From the NCBI GenBank assembly GCA_964507055.1, contig CAZDOJ010000001.1, positions 337,313-401,312 on the forward strand: 64,000 nt of DNA, in the 5' to 3' direction. The notes under the pieces are model-generated. The model ran no database searches. It worked only from the letters and a program-made list of their open reading frames with translations, and was not told the DNA's origin. Below are positions 37,907-47,517 of the stretch, piece after piece (positions within the stretch are counted from its first letter, which is position 1; each line of letters starts with the position of its first letter). This DNA comes from an uncultured Gammaproteobacteria bacterium. GTDB taxonomy: Bacteria; Patescibacteriota; Microgenomatia; Levybacterales; UBA12049. Made by a program: the position numbers and the translations under genes.

Positions 37907-39520
37907 ATGTCAAAGAAAACTTTTCATCCTATTGTCGGAGGTGGTGAAATGGGCGAACGAATCAGAACCTTCAACTGGGCAAAAACTGAATTAGGTCCTA
38001 TCAATACATGGTCACAGAGTTTACTTACTGCAACTAATATTGTCCTCCAATCCCCTGTCCCACTTGTCATGCTTTGGGGCAAAGATGGCATCATGATTTA
38101 TAACGATGCATATTCACAATTTGCTGGTGCAAGACATCCTTTTCTTCTTGGATCAAAAGTGCTTGAGGGATGGCCTGAAGTTGCGGATTTTAATAGCAAT
38201 GTTATGAAGAAGGGATTGCGGGGGAAAACACTCTCTTATAAGAATCAACGATTGGTACTCTATAGAAATAATGTTCGTGAAGAAGTCTGGTGTGACCTCA
38301 ATTATAGTCCGGTTATTGATGAACACGGTAAGTCTGCTGGCGTCCTTGCTATTGTTGTTGAGACAACACAACGAGTACTTGCACAAGAGAAACAACAGAA
38401 AGCTGAAGAAGAACTACAAGCTTCAAAAGATCGTCTCCAAGATCTTTTTATGCAAGCTCCAGCAGTTATTACTGTGCTTTGGGGAAAGAATCACGTCTTT
38501 GAATTAGCAAATCCACTCTACATGGAGTTAATTGGCCCTGAGAGAAAGATTATTGGCAAACCGATACGAGAAGCACTTCCTGAATTAAAAGGTCAAGGTT
38601 TTTTTGAACTTTTGGATAATGTTTATAAAACAGGTAAAACATTTCTTGGGAATGAGATATTGGTTAAACTTGCTCGAAGTAGAAAGAATAAAGACCTTGA
38701 TCAAGTCTATTTAAACTTTGTATATCAACCTATTATCGGTTCAAAGAAAAAAGTAGAAGGGATTTTTGTTCATGCTGTGGATGTTACCGATCAAGTACTT
38801 AACAAGAAAAAAATTGAAGAACTGTCTCGACAGAAAGACGACTTTTTAGGCATTGCATCGCATGAATTGAAAACGCCGGTAACGAGTATTAAAGCATATG
38901 GACAAGTACTACAACGAATGTTTAAAAGCGAAGGTAATGATAAAGGCGTTGCACATCTTGCTAAAATGGATGCACAAGTAAATCGATTAAGTAATCTTAT
39001 CGGAGATTTGCTTGATGTCACCAAAATTCAATCAGGTCGATTACAATTCCATGAAGAACACTTTGATTTTAATCATGTTGTAAATGAAGTTATAGAAGAA
39101 ATACAGCGAACGACTGATAAACACAGGATTATTAAAAAGCTTGATAAAACCAAGAAATTATATGGAGATCCTGAAAGAATTGGCCAGGTTCTAATTAACT
39201 TGATGACAAATGCTATTAAGTACTCGCCAAAAACTGATAAAATTGTTGTATCAACCAATGTTGATGCGAAATCAGTCACACTTTGTGTCCAAGATTTTGG
39301 AGTTGGTATCCCGAAAGATAAAAAGGAAAAAGTATTTGAACAATTTTTTCGAGTAAGTGGACCAAAACAAGATACATTTCCAGGGCTAGGATTAGGGTTG
39401 TATATATCAAGCGAGATTATTAAGCGTGAAGGTGGTAGAATCTGGGTTGAGAGTAGAGAGGGCAAGGGATCGACATTTTGTTTTACCTTGCCAATAAAAA
39501 GAACACCCAAAAAGAAGTAA
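37907..39520 (+). CDS. cytoplasmic PAS/PAC sensor histidine kinase
   Basis: Two PAS-like regions, HisKA (ASHELKTPVTSIKAYGQVL) and HATPase_c (GLGLGLYISSEIIKREGGRIWVESREGKGSTFCFTLP), with no TM segment. The start is ambiguous between 37856, 37886 and 37907. Confidence 0.8.
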   Translation: MSKKTFHPIVGGGEMGERIRTFNWAKTELGPINTWSQSLLTATNIVLQSPVPLVMLWGKDGIMIYNDAYSQFAGARHPFLLGSKVLEGWPEVADFNSNVMKKGLRGKTLSYKNQRLVLYRNNVREEVWCDLNYSPVIDEHGKSAGVLAIVVETTQRVLAQEKQQKAEEELQASKDRLQDLFMQAPAVITVLWGKNHVFELANPLYMELIGPERKIIGKPIREALPELKGQGFFELLDNVYKTGKTFLGNEILVKLARSRKNKDLDQVYLNFVYQPIIGSKKKVEGIFVHAVDVTDQVLNKKKIEELSRQKDDFLGIASHELKTPVTSIKAYGQVLQRMFKSEGNDKGVAHLAKMDAQVNRLSNLIGDLLDVTKIQSGRLQFHEEHFDFNHVVNEVIEEIQRTTDKHRIIKKLDKTKKLYGDPERIGQVLINLMTNAIKYSPKTDKIVVSTNVDAKSVTLCVQDFGVGIPKDKKEKVFEQFFRVSGPKQDTFPGLGLGLYISSEIIKREGGRIWVESREGKGSTFCFTLPIKRTPKKK

Positions 39521-39521
39521 T

Positions 39522-39881
39522 ATGAAAAAAAGAACAATAATGGTTGCCGATGATGATCCTGCAATTGTCGATGCATTGAAATTGATGCTCGAATTTGCAG
39601 AATACAATGTCATTACAACTGAAGATGGAAGCGATGTTCGAAACCTTAAAGGTAAACTGCCAGACCTATTACTTCTGGATATTTGGATGTCCGGAGAGAA
39701 TGGTCGAGAAATTTGTAAAACCCTCAAAGCACAGCAATCAACAAAAAATCTTCCTATAATTCTTATTTCAGCCAGTCGTGAAGTGGAAAAGTCTGCAAAG
39801 GAAGCTGGGGCTGAAGATTTTATTGCAAAACCGTTTGAAATGGATGATCTTTTAGAAATGGTAGAAAAGTATATAAACTAA
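39522..39881 (+). CDS. stand-alone response-regulator receiver (CheY-like) protein
   Basis: DDD acidic pocket (MVADDDPAIV), phospho-acceptor LLLLDIWM and KPF. There is no output domain, and the gene starts 2 bp after the kinase stop. Confidence 0.85.
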   Translation: MKKRTIMVADDDPAIVDALKLMLEFAEYNVITTEDGSDVRNLKGKLPDLLLLDIWMSGENGREICKTLKAQQSTKNLPIILISASREVEKSAKEAGAEDFIAKPFEMDDLLEMVEKYIN

Positions 39882-40543
39882 CTCCAGTCGATAGGAGTCA
39901 TAGCATGCTCCTCTAAATATGTATTACACTGACTGAAGTGATGTTTGTTATAAAACATATTGACTGAATATGGTGATGGATGACCTGATGTCAAAACTAA
40001 ATTATCATCTCTATTAATGACCAATCCTTTATTCTGAGCATATTTCCCCCACAACATATATACCACATGTTTTCGGTCTGCGTTGAGTGCATGGATAACA
40101 CTATCAGTAAATTGCTCCCAACCTTTTCCAGCATGCGATGCTGGATTGCCTGCTCGAACTGTGAGCACACTGTTTAACATGAGTACACCTTGTTTGGCCC
40201 AACGGGTAAGATCTCCCGACATGGATGGATTAATACTAAGATCATTTCGAATTTCCTGATAAATGTTTTTAAGCGATGGAGGAAGTGCAATTCCATCATT
40301 TACGGAAAAAGATAAGCCGTTTGCTTGCTTTACTCCATGATAAGGATCCTGCCCAACTATAACGACTTTGACTTGATCAAACGGGCAAAGATCAAAAGCT
40401 CTAAATATATTTGGTCCGGCTGGATAAACTGTACTTGCCTTATATTCTTCTCGGACGAAGTCAGTTAAAGTTTTCCAATATTCCTGATCAAATTGTGAAG
40501 ACAATTCTTTCTTCCATGTGGGATCCATTTTTACTTCACTCAT
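39878..40543 (-). CDS. ung: uracil-DNA glycosylase (family 1)
   Basis: GQDPYHG (water-activating loop), GVLMLNSVLTVR and GHPSPYS are the UNG family-1 motifs. Confidence 0.9.
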   Translation of the reverse strand: MSEVKMDPTWKKELSSQFDQEYWKTLTDFVREEYKASTVYPAGPNIFRAFDLCPFDQVKVVIVGQDPYHGVKQANGLSFSVNDGIALPPSLKNIYQEIRNDLSINPSMSGDLTRWAKQGVLMLNSVLTVRAGNPASHAGKGWEQFTDSVIHALNADRKHVVYMLWGKYAQNKGLVINRDDNLVLTSGHPSPYSVNMFYNKHHFSQCNTYLEEHAMTPIDWS

Positions 40544-40588
40544 GTCATTAATAATATAGTTGATAGCTTACTTTCGCAAGATCCTATA

Positions 40589-40999
40589 TTGCATGTACGG
40601 TCAGAAAAACGTAGGATAGACAGAATGGCTGAATATATCCCTGGAGTTTGTAATATTGGACCTGTTGAGATTGCGAATCGACGCAAGATTGGCATCACAT
40701 GGACTCTTATAAGTATTATTCTTGCTACTGCATTATTTTATTTCAATTTCCCTACTTGGTTGAGATTCATTATAATTCTTCCTGCAACTATCGCTTTTAG
40801 TGGTTGGTATCAAGCAAAATTTCATTTTTGTGCAGGTTATGGTATGAGTGGTTTGTACAATGTCGCAAATAGTCTTGGTAAATCTGATACTGTGCAGCAA
40901 GCAGAATTTCGCAAAAAAGATAAAGCAAAAGCTCAACAGATCTTTGGATTATCAATAGTGAGTGCTGCAATAATTGCAACTATTTTATACTTTGTATAG
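40589..40999 (+). CDS. hypothetical 4-TM membrane protein
   Basis: Hydrophobic ORF divergent from ung. The internal Met at 40625 (MAEYIPGV) is an alternative start. Confidence 0.4.
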   Translation: MHVRSEKRRIDRMAEYIPGVCNIGPVEIANRRKIGITWTLISIILATALFYFNFPTWLRFIIILPATIAFSGWYQAKFHFCAGYGMSGLYNVANSLGKSDTVQQAEFRKKDKAKAQQIFGLSIVSAAIIATILYFV

Positions 41000-41057
41000 C
41001 TATTTCTTACGCAATTCTTCATTGACGTGAGCTCTTCGATTTAGTATCTTAGAAATT

Positions 41058-41456
41058 ATGAAAATGAAATTAGAACTCATCCCCGTGCCGGTTACAGATG
41101 TTGATCGAGCGAAAGCTTTTTATGTTGAAAAACTAGGATTTAATGCTGATCATGATCAACGAGTTAATGAAAATCTTCGATTTGTACAACTTACGCCAGA
41201 AGGATCTGCATGTTCGATTTGTATCGGAGAAGGGTTAACAGATATGGCTCCTGGCTCAATGAAAGGTCTACAAATTGTTATCGATGACGCACAAGCTGCA
41301 CATGATGAATTAAAAGCAAAAGGTGTTGAAGTCAGTGACGTCGATAAGCAAGTGTGGGGTACGTTCGTTTACTTCAGTGATCCCGATGGCAATACTTGGT
41401 CACTACAAGAATTACCTGATTACAGCAAAAATAAAGATCTTACCCAAACCGCTTGA
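41058..41456 (+). CDS. VOC (glyoxalase/bleomycin-resistance) family protein
   Basis: LELIPVPVTDVDRAKAFYVEKLGF...WGTFVYFSDPDGN. Confidence 0.8.
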   Translation: MKMKLELIPVPVTDVDRAKAFYVEKLGFNADHDQRVNENLRFVQLTPEGSACSICIGEGLTDMAPGSMKGLQIVIDDAQAAHDELKAKGVEVSDVDKQVWGTFVYFSDPDGNTWSLQELPDYSKNKDLTQTA

Positions 41457-41489
41457 CACCCCTCATAATCTGCTATAATTAACTCAACA

Positions 41490-41876
41490 ATGGAGATTAA
41501 TTTTCTTGCTGCATTTGTCGCTTCCCTTACAGGCTTAATACTTGGCTATCTTTGGTATTCTGTTATTTTTGCAAAAACGTGGCAAAAACTTTCAGGTGTT
41601 ACTGATGCTCAACAGAATAAAGGTGTCGCAAAAAGAATTATCGGATCCTACCTCATAACACTTGTCATGTCTTTTAATCTCGCTGCATTCATCGGTGGTG
41701 ATGCTGATCCTATATTCGGTCTCTTTGCAGGATTTGCAGCTGGTTTTGGGTGGGTTGCATTAGCTTTCGGACAGAACTATATGTTTGAACACAAACCATT
41801 CAAACTCTTTCTTATTAATGGTGGTTACAATGCTGTTTTGTTAAGTATCATCGGTCTTATTATCGGTGCATTCTAG
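41490..41876 (+). CDS. DUF1761 membrane protein
   Basis: FLAAFVASLTGLILGYLWYSVIFAKTW is the DUF1761 N-terminal signature. Confidence 0.65.
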   Translation: MEINFLAAFVASLTGLILGYLWYSVIFAKTWQKLSGVTDAQQNKGVAKRIIGSYLITLVMSFNLAAFIGGDADPIFGLFAGFAAGFGWVALAFGQNYMFEHKPFKLFLINGGYNAVLLSIIGLIIGAF

Positions 41877-42513
41877 TATGTCAAAGAAAACACTTCTCGC
41901 TCTTGGTCTTTTTGCTGGTCCTGTTTATATTGGATTAGCAATTCTCCAAATCATCCTTCGTCCAGAATTTGATATGACCCATCATTCGTTGAGCTTAATG
42001 AGTAATGGTTCTCTTGGTTGGATTCAGGTAACGAATTTCATTCTAACAGGATTATTTGTTATTGTCGGTGGAATTGGTATCCGTAAAACTTTAAAGAAAA
42101 ATCCAGGTGGTACTTGGGGACCATTAATGTTGGGTCTGTATGGCCTTGGGCTTATCGCAGCTGGATTTTTTAAAGCAGATCCAATGGGAGGATTTCCTCC
42201 GGATAGTCCGACAATGAATGTCGTAACCACCAACGGATTACTCCACCTTGTCTCCGGTAGTATTGGCTTTATTGGATTGATTGCTGCATGTTTTGTTTTT
42301 GCACGAAAGTTTTATAAAGATAAGAATAAAGGCTGGGGACATTATTCTCTTGCAACTGGTATCATTTTCTTTCTGGCATTCGCTGGTATAGCATCCGGTT
42401 CACAACCAAATAGTCCGATTATTACCCCAGTTACACTCGGGTTTTACTTTGCCGTAACATGGAGTTTCATATGGCTTACATTACTGCTTAAGAAATTTAC
42501 ATCTTCAAAATAA
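41866..42513 (+). CDS. DUF998 membrane protein
   Basis: GLFAGPVYIG...HSLSLMSNGSLGW on a polytopic protein. It overlaps the previous gene by 11 bp. Confidence 0.6.
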   Translation: MHSSMSKKTLLALGLFAGPVYIGLAILQIILRPEFDMTHHSLSLMSNGSLGWIQVTNFILTGLFVIVGGIGIRKTLKKNPGGTWGPLMLGLYGLGLIAAGFFKADPMGGFPPDSPTMNVVTTNGLLHLVSGSIGFIGLIAACFVFARKFYKDKNKGWGHYSLATGIIFFLAFAGIASGSQPNSPIITPVTLGFYFAVTWSFIWLTLLLKKFTSSK

Positions 42514-42555
42514 TTTTATTACGCAAATGTAGTACTAGTATTGTATACTAGAGCT

Positions 42556-43098
42556 ATGCGAAAAATTGTTGTTACAGAATTTGTTTCACTTGATGGAGTT
42601 ATCGAAGAACCACAGAATTGGTCATTTCCCTATTGGGATGATGATATTGCCAAGGTAAAACATGATGAACTATTCGAAAGTGATGCTCAACTTTTGGGAC
42701 GCATTACATATGAAGGATTTGCAGCTTCATGGCCTGAACGAAAAGATGAAGGAGGTTACGCCCATCGAATTAATGATTTACCAAAATACGTTGTTAGTGA
42801 ATCATTAAAGAAAGCAGAATGGAATAACTCGCACATTATTAATAAGAATATCCTTCAGGAAATTGCTAAGCTAAAAGAAGAAGAAGGGAAAGTGATTTTA
42901 ATTCATGGAAGTGCAACACTGGTTAATAAATTACTGCAAGCAGGTTTAATTGATGAAATCCGATTATTAGTGTATCCAATCGTTTTAGGGAAAGGGAAGC
43001 GTTTGTTCTGGGAAGAGACTGAAGCCAAGCTAGAACTTGTCAAATCAAAATCATTCTCCAAAGGAGTTGTACTCCTCACGTACACACCGAAAATTTAA
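42556..43098 (+). CDS. dihydrofolate-reductase-family (RibD C-terminal domain) protein
   Basis: MRKIVVTEFVSLDGVIEEP and RITYEGFAASWP; this is the fourth paralog in the window. Confidence 0.8.
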   Translation: MRKIVVTEFVSLDGVIEEPQNWSFPYWDDDIAKVKHDELFESDAQLLGRITYEGFAASWPERKDEGGYAHRINDLPKYVVSESLKKAEWNNSHIINKNILQEIAKLKEEEGKVILIHGSATLVNKLLQAGLIDEIRLLVYPIVLGKGKRLFWEETEAKLELVKSKSFSKGVVLLTYTPKI

Positions 43099-43104
43099 TT
43101 ACTT

Positions 43105-44514
43105 ATGGCCACTTTACGAGAGCACCTACATAAGAATATGATTTTATTGTTGTTGTCTTTGACAATGTTTCTTGTCGTACTTGATAGTGCGATTGTGAAT
43201 GTCGCATTGCCAGCAATAAAAACACATCTTAATTTTGATCAAGCTTCACTTCAATGGGTTTTGACAGCATATATTATCGCTTTTGGAGGGTTTCTCATGT
43301 TGGGCGGTCGTGCGGCTGATTTGTTTGGCAGACGAAAAGTATTACTTTGGGGAATTGGAGGATTTACATTATTTTCTCTTTTGATCGGCTTGTCTCATAC
43401 AAGTTTAATGCTCATCATACTGCGGGCATTTCAAGGTCTCGCTGCTGCTTTTATGGCACCGACTGCACTATCTATTCTTTTAACAACTTTTGAAGAAGGT
43501 CCTGAAAGAAATAAAGCATTGAGTATCTGGGGGTTGGTTGCTTCCGGTGGAGCTGCTGCCGGAGTTTTTCTGGGTGGAGTTTTGACTCAGTTTCTTGGTT
43601 GGCAATGGTGTTTTTTCGTAAATGTTCCCGTCGGATTGTTAGCAATTTATGGCGTTTTGAAATATATTCCGACACAGCCCAGAGATGCCTCAAATAAAAA
43701 TCTTGATATCCCGGGTGCAATACTTGTTACTCTTGGACTGATATCAGTGGTCTATGCGTTGACTTTGGCACCTGAAGCCGGTTGGACAGCTGTGTCGACA
43801 TTGACTTGGATGGCTGCCGGAATAGTTCTCTTGACATTCTTTATTGTCAACGAAACGAAAGCCAAACATCCGTTAGTTCCTTTATCTATTTTTAGAAGCC
43901 GCAACCTTAGTGGTGGTAATTTAATTATGCTTCCTGTTGTTGCTGGTGCTTTAGGTCAGGGATTTTTCTTGACACTCTATATTCAAAATATTCTTCATTA
44001 CTCCCCTGTTCAGACTGGTTTGAGTTTTCTTCCGGTACCGATTATTATCGGATTTATATCTTTCAATGCACCAAAACTGCTTGATAAATTTGGATTTAAA
44101 CCACTACTTGTCGCTGGAACAATTCTTGTGACAGTGGGAGTTTTTATGTTTAGCTTCCTTAATGAAAATTCATCTTACGTGATTCACTTACTACCTGCCT
44201 ATGTCATTATGGCGATTGGATTTGGTCTGTCATTTATTTCTGTTACTATCGCTGCGACGGCTGGCGTTTCTCATGACAAAGCGGGATTGGCATCAGGATT
44301 ATTAAATACGTCACAACAAGTAGGTGGAGCATTGGGGCTTGCTATCCTTACAGTTATTGCAAATACAGCTACAGAAAGTGCAAAAGCATCGGGTTTATCA
44401 CAAGGTCTTTCAAATCTCTATGGATACCAACAGGTCTTCTTCTGGGCATCGATCATGATGCTTGTCTCAGTTTTCATCGCATACTTTGTTATCAAAGTTC
44501 CGAAATCACATTAG
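43105..44514 (+). CDS. MFS transporter, DHA2 family
   Basis: LDSAIVNVALPAI...LQWVLTAYIIAFGG...GRAADLFGRRK...AFQGLAAAF, with 14 TM helices. Confidence 0.85.
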   Translation: MATLREHLHKNMILLLLSLTMFLVVLDSAIVNVALPAIKTHLNFDQASLQWVLTAYIIAFGGFLMLGGRAADLFGRRKVLLWGIGGFTLFSLLIGLSHTSLMLIILRAFQGLAAAFMAPTALSILLTTFEEGPERNKALSIWGLVASGGAAAGVFLGGVLTQFLGWQWCFFVNVPVGLLAIYGVLKYIPTQPRDASNKNLDIPGAILVTLGLISVVYALTLAPEAGWTAVSTLTWMAAGIVLLTFFIVNETKAKHPLVPLSIFRSRNLSGGNLIMLPVVAGALGQGFFLTLYIQNILHYSPVQTGLSFLPVPIIIGFISFNAPKLLDKFGFKPLLVAGTILVTVGVFMFSFLNENSSYVIHLLPAYVIMAIGFGLSFISVTIAATAGVSHDKAGLASGLLNTSQQVGGALGLAILTVIANTATESAKASGLSQGLSNLYGYQQVFFWASIMMLVSVFIAYFVIKVPKSH

Positions 44515-44528
44515 GACAGTTTTAACAA

Positions 44529-45146
44529 TTACTCCTCTTCAATTATTTTAGTCCCGTGTGCTTTTTCGACGTCATAATTTGCAATATATTCTGAATACTT
44601 ATTTATTTCTTCTACCCATGTGAGCAATCTTGCTATTGGAATTTTTGTATCAGCCAAAATAAATTCATTTTTATTATTTAAACCCACTACGATCGAACCC
44701 ATTTTTTTTGGATCTTTAAATTTATCCCCAATTAATACTCCATCAATGTGCTGAATTGTATTTCTTACTTTATAAGTAACGTCTTTCATCATATTAATTC
44801 TTTCTTGTGACTTTTTAGGCAATAGCCACTGATACTCTGGATAGTCTTTCAATAATTTATCTAATACAACTAATGAACGGTGGAAGTAATCGATAAAACA
44901 TTCTAGATTAGAGGAGAAATTTATAAGACTCGAAAGTCCTAAACTTGATTGAGACTCTAGAAAACTCTTTTGATTATTTATAGCGGCGTTATATCTGTCT
45001 ATTGAGAATGAAAGAAGCCTCGAAAATGTAAAAATTAGTGCATATTCATGTTTGCTTACGTTAGCTGAAACTATTCGTGTTAACGCGATAGACTTTACTG
45101 AATGATTTGAAAGTTTCAGTTCAGGTAGCATTATATCTATGCTCAT
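44529..45146 (-). CDS. hypothetical soluble protein, cotranscribed downstream of an MFS gene
   Basis: 205 aa with no recognisable motif, 10 bp after the MFS stop. Confidence 0.4.
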   Translation of the reverse strand: MSIDIMLPELKLSNHSVKSIALTRIVSANVSKHEYALIFTFSRLLSFSIDRYNAAINNQKSFLESQSSLGLSSLINFSSNLECFIDYFHRSLVVLDKLLKDYPEYQWLLPKKSQERINMMKDVTYKVRNTIQHIDGVLIGDKFKDPKKMGSIVVGLNNKNEFILADTKIPIARLLTWVEEINKYSEYIANYDVEKAHGTKIIEEE

Positions 45147-45155
45147 AGCTGTGAG

Positions 45156-46472
45156 TTATTTCTTCTTTTTTTCAGGAGTTTGATATCTTGCACCAAGCAA
45201 TTTATATGCTGGGAGTCTCATACAGATAAGAGTCATTATCAAACCAATAATACCTGTCATGATGAATACCAATGCAATTCCCCGTCCCTGACCGACTCCG
45301 AACCAATCTCCTATAAGATCAACTCCTGCACCTGTCGTCATGTATGGGATGAAGATGAATTGAGCAATTGGACCGATCATAAACGCAGTCAGTGGACTTG
45401 CTGCTTGCTCGACACTTTGTGCAAAACCAAACACTCTTCCTTGCCTTTCATATGGTACTACTTTTTGAATGATTGTTTGTTCGGCTGCTTCAACGAAAGG
45501 TATGAGGACCATGTAAAGAAGGATTCCTCCTGCAAAAAGCCAAATTGAAGGCTGGATTGTGAAGAAGATGCAGATGATCCACATAATTATGTTCACTCTG
45601 AAAACTGTTGTTAATGGATTTTTGCCAAGTCCATTTTTTGCTATCAAAGCACCACCAACCATAAAACCCAAACTTGTCACTGCCAATAAAATTCCCCATT
45701 GTTGTACATTCACAAGTGACAATCCGTATGCATCCATCAAAGACATGAAAACACCTCCAAGAAAATTGTTAAATGTCGTAAAGAAAATAAGTGCAAACAT
45801 ACCAGGAATAGTTCCGATAACTTTTATCGTTCCTTTAATGTCAATCTTCTTTGGTCGCTCTTCAGTATGGACAATTGCTTTTTCTGGAATATTGATAAGT
45901 GCTAAATGAATAATAGTTAGAGCGATAAGTACAATGGCGGAAAAAAGTACCCAAAACATTCCTGCAAAGCCGAGTAATATTCCACTTATAATGGAACAAA
46001 TTGAGAAAGAAACTCCAAAAATAGCACCAGACAAACCATTTGCTTTGTCACGCTTATCTTCAGGAACGAGGATTGTCGTAACCGTCGATAAAGCAATATT
46101 TCTTATGTTTCCCGCAATTGCACCAGCAAGGATGACAACGACGAAAAGCCAATACTGCCAATTAGCTACTGATCGAAATGCCTCCTCTGGAGTGAAATGA
46201 TAAATACCTAATGCAAGCACAAAAAATACGAGTGTAAATATATTGGACACCTGCATTGCTATTTTTTTCTTGTGATGATCCACCAATGAACCAAACCACA
46301 AGCTCGAAAGAGCGGTGAGGACGAGATAAACACCACCAATAATCGAAGTTGCTAGAACAGATTTGGTTTCAAGATATGCCCAGAATGTCAATGCAAACCA
46401 GACATATCCATTGGCAATATTAACTATTAAGGTATTTCCAAGAATTTGATAAAAAGCTTTCATAAGTACCAT
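45156..46472 (-). CDS. MFS transporter (12 TMS)
   Basis: Twelve hydrophobic helices. The start was taken at MVLMKAFYQ; the ORF-track 5' extension is hydrophilic and is probably not translated. Confidence 0.7.
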   Translation of the reverse strand: MVLMKAFYQILGNTLIVNIANGYVWFALTFWAYLETKSVLATSIIGGVYLVLTALSSLWFGSLVDHHKKKIAMQVSNIFTLVFFVLALGIYHFTPEEAFRSVANWQYWLFVVVILAGAIAGNIRNIALSTVTTILVPEDKRDKANGLSGAIFGVSFSICSIISGILLGFAGMFWVLFSAIVLIALTIIHLALINIPEKAIVHTEERPKKIDIKGTIKVIGTIPGMFALIFFTTFNNFLGGVFMSLMDAYGLSLVNVQQWGILLAVTSLGFMVGGALIAKNGLGKNPLTTVFRVNIIMWIICIFFTIQPSIWLFAGGILLYMVLIPFVEAAEQTIIQKVVPYERQGRVFGFAQSVEQAASPLTAFMIGPIAQFIFIPYMTTGAGVDLIGDWFGVGQGRGIALVFIMTGIIGLIMTLICMRLPAYKLLGARYQTPEKKKK

Positions 46473-46531
46473 TATAACAAATACTGTCTCAGATAGTTGA
46501 CAATTCATTGCAGAGATGAGAGGCTTTTTAT

Positions 46532-47476
46532 ATGGATCCAACAATCCCACCACAGAATCAACAACCATCATCACAAATTCCTCAGGAACCAAAACCTGAT
46601 GGGCCACATGAACCAGAAGAACAACACACTGAACATCCGCACCATGTTTCTAATAAGCCAATTGTCGTTGCTTTACTTTTGCTTGCAGTCGTTTTCCTTG
46701 CTGGAATTTATTATTTTACAGTTCATCCGAGACCACCTGTTAAAGATACAATTCAGGATCAAGCTATGTTATCTGTTGCTCCAACAAAGCCAATTGAAGT
46801 TGACTGGGAGTTTGATGGTGAACAATGGAAATCATCTTCTACGCCACCAGCTTGTCAGGATCCAATTGTATTTGATCCTTTAGTCGATTTGAGTCTTGTC
46901 TCTGCTGTCTTGTATCCAGGTCAAGTTCGAGGTGAAGATTATAAACCACATGGTGGATTTATTTTCGGTGGACGATCCAATGAAGAAATTCTTGTTCGAG
47001 CACCAATGGATGCACGTCTCATTGCCGGAAGTCGATATGTGGAACAAGGCGAAGTACAATATCTCTTATCATTTGTAAACTCTTGTGGCATTGCATACCG
47101 ATTTGATCATCTTTTGACACTCGCACCAGAAATCCAAAAGATTGCAGATACTCTGCCTCAACCAGTTGAGAACGATTCTCGATTAACCAAATTTGCATCT
47201 GCATCAGCGGTCAAAAAAGGTGATCCTATTGCAACATCAGTAGGATTTAAAAATACACGTAATGTCACTGTAGACTTCGGTGTCTATGATTTACGCAAAC
47301 AAAACCCTTCAGCGTCAGATGCTGCATTTGCTCAATTCCATGCAGATGAAAAAGATCAAGCTTATTATGCTCTTTGCTGGCTTGAGCTTTTCCCAGCGGA
47401 TCAAGTTGCTACTATTAAAGCATTTCCTGGTGGTGACCCTATCGTTGGTAAAGCAAGTGACTTCTGTAAACAATAA
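46532..47476 (+). CDS. type-II membrane-anchored protein with a His/Pro/Glu-rich cytoplasmic N-terminus and a ~250-aa extracytoplasmic domain of unknown function
   Basis: The N-terminus PHEPEEQHTEHPHHVSNKP is followed by a single TM helix (IVVALLLLAVVFLAGIYYF). The gene lies immediately upstream of the galactose-oxidase-like gene. Confidence 0.45.
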   Translation: MDPTIPPQNQQPSSQIPQEPKPDGPHEPEEQHTEHPHHVSNKPIVVALLLLAVVFLAGIYYFTVHPRPPVKDTIQDQAMLSVAPTKPIEVDWEFDGEQWKSSSTPPACQDPIVFDPLVDLSLVSAVLYPGQVRGEDYKPHGGFIFGGRSNEEILVRAPMDARLIAGSRYVEQGEVQYLLSFVNSCGIAYRFDHLLTLAPEIQKIADTLPQPVENDSRLTKFASASAVKKGDPIATSVGFKNTRNVTVDFGVYDLRKQNPSASDAAFAQFHADEKDQAYYALCWLELFPADQVATIKAFPGGDPIVGKASDFCKQ

Positions 47477-47517
47477 ATTCTCTTGACTCTTCATTAGCTT
47501 CCCTATACCATAGAATT

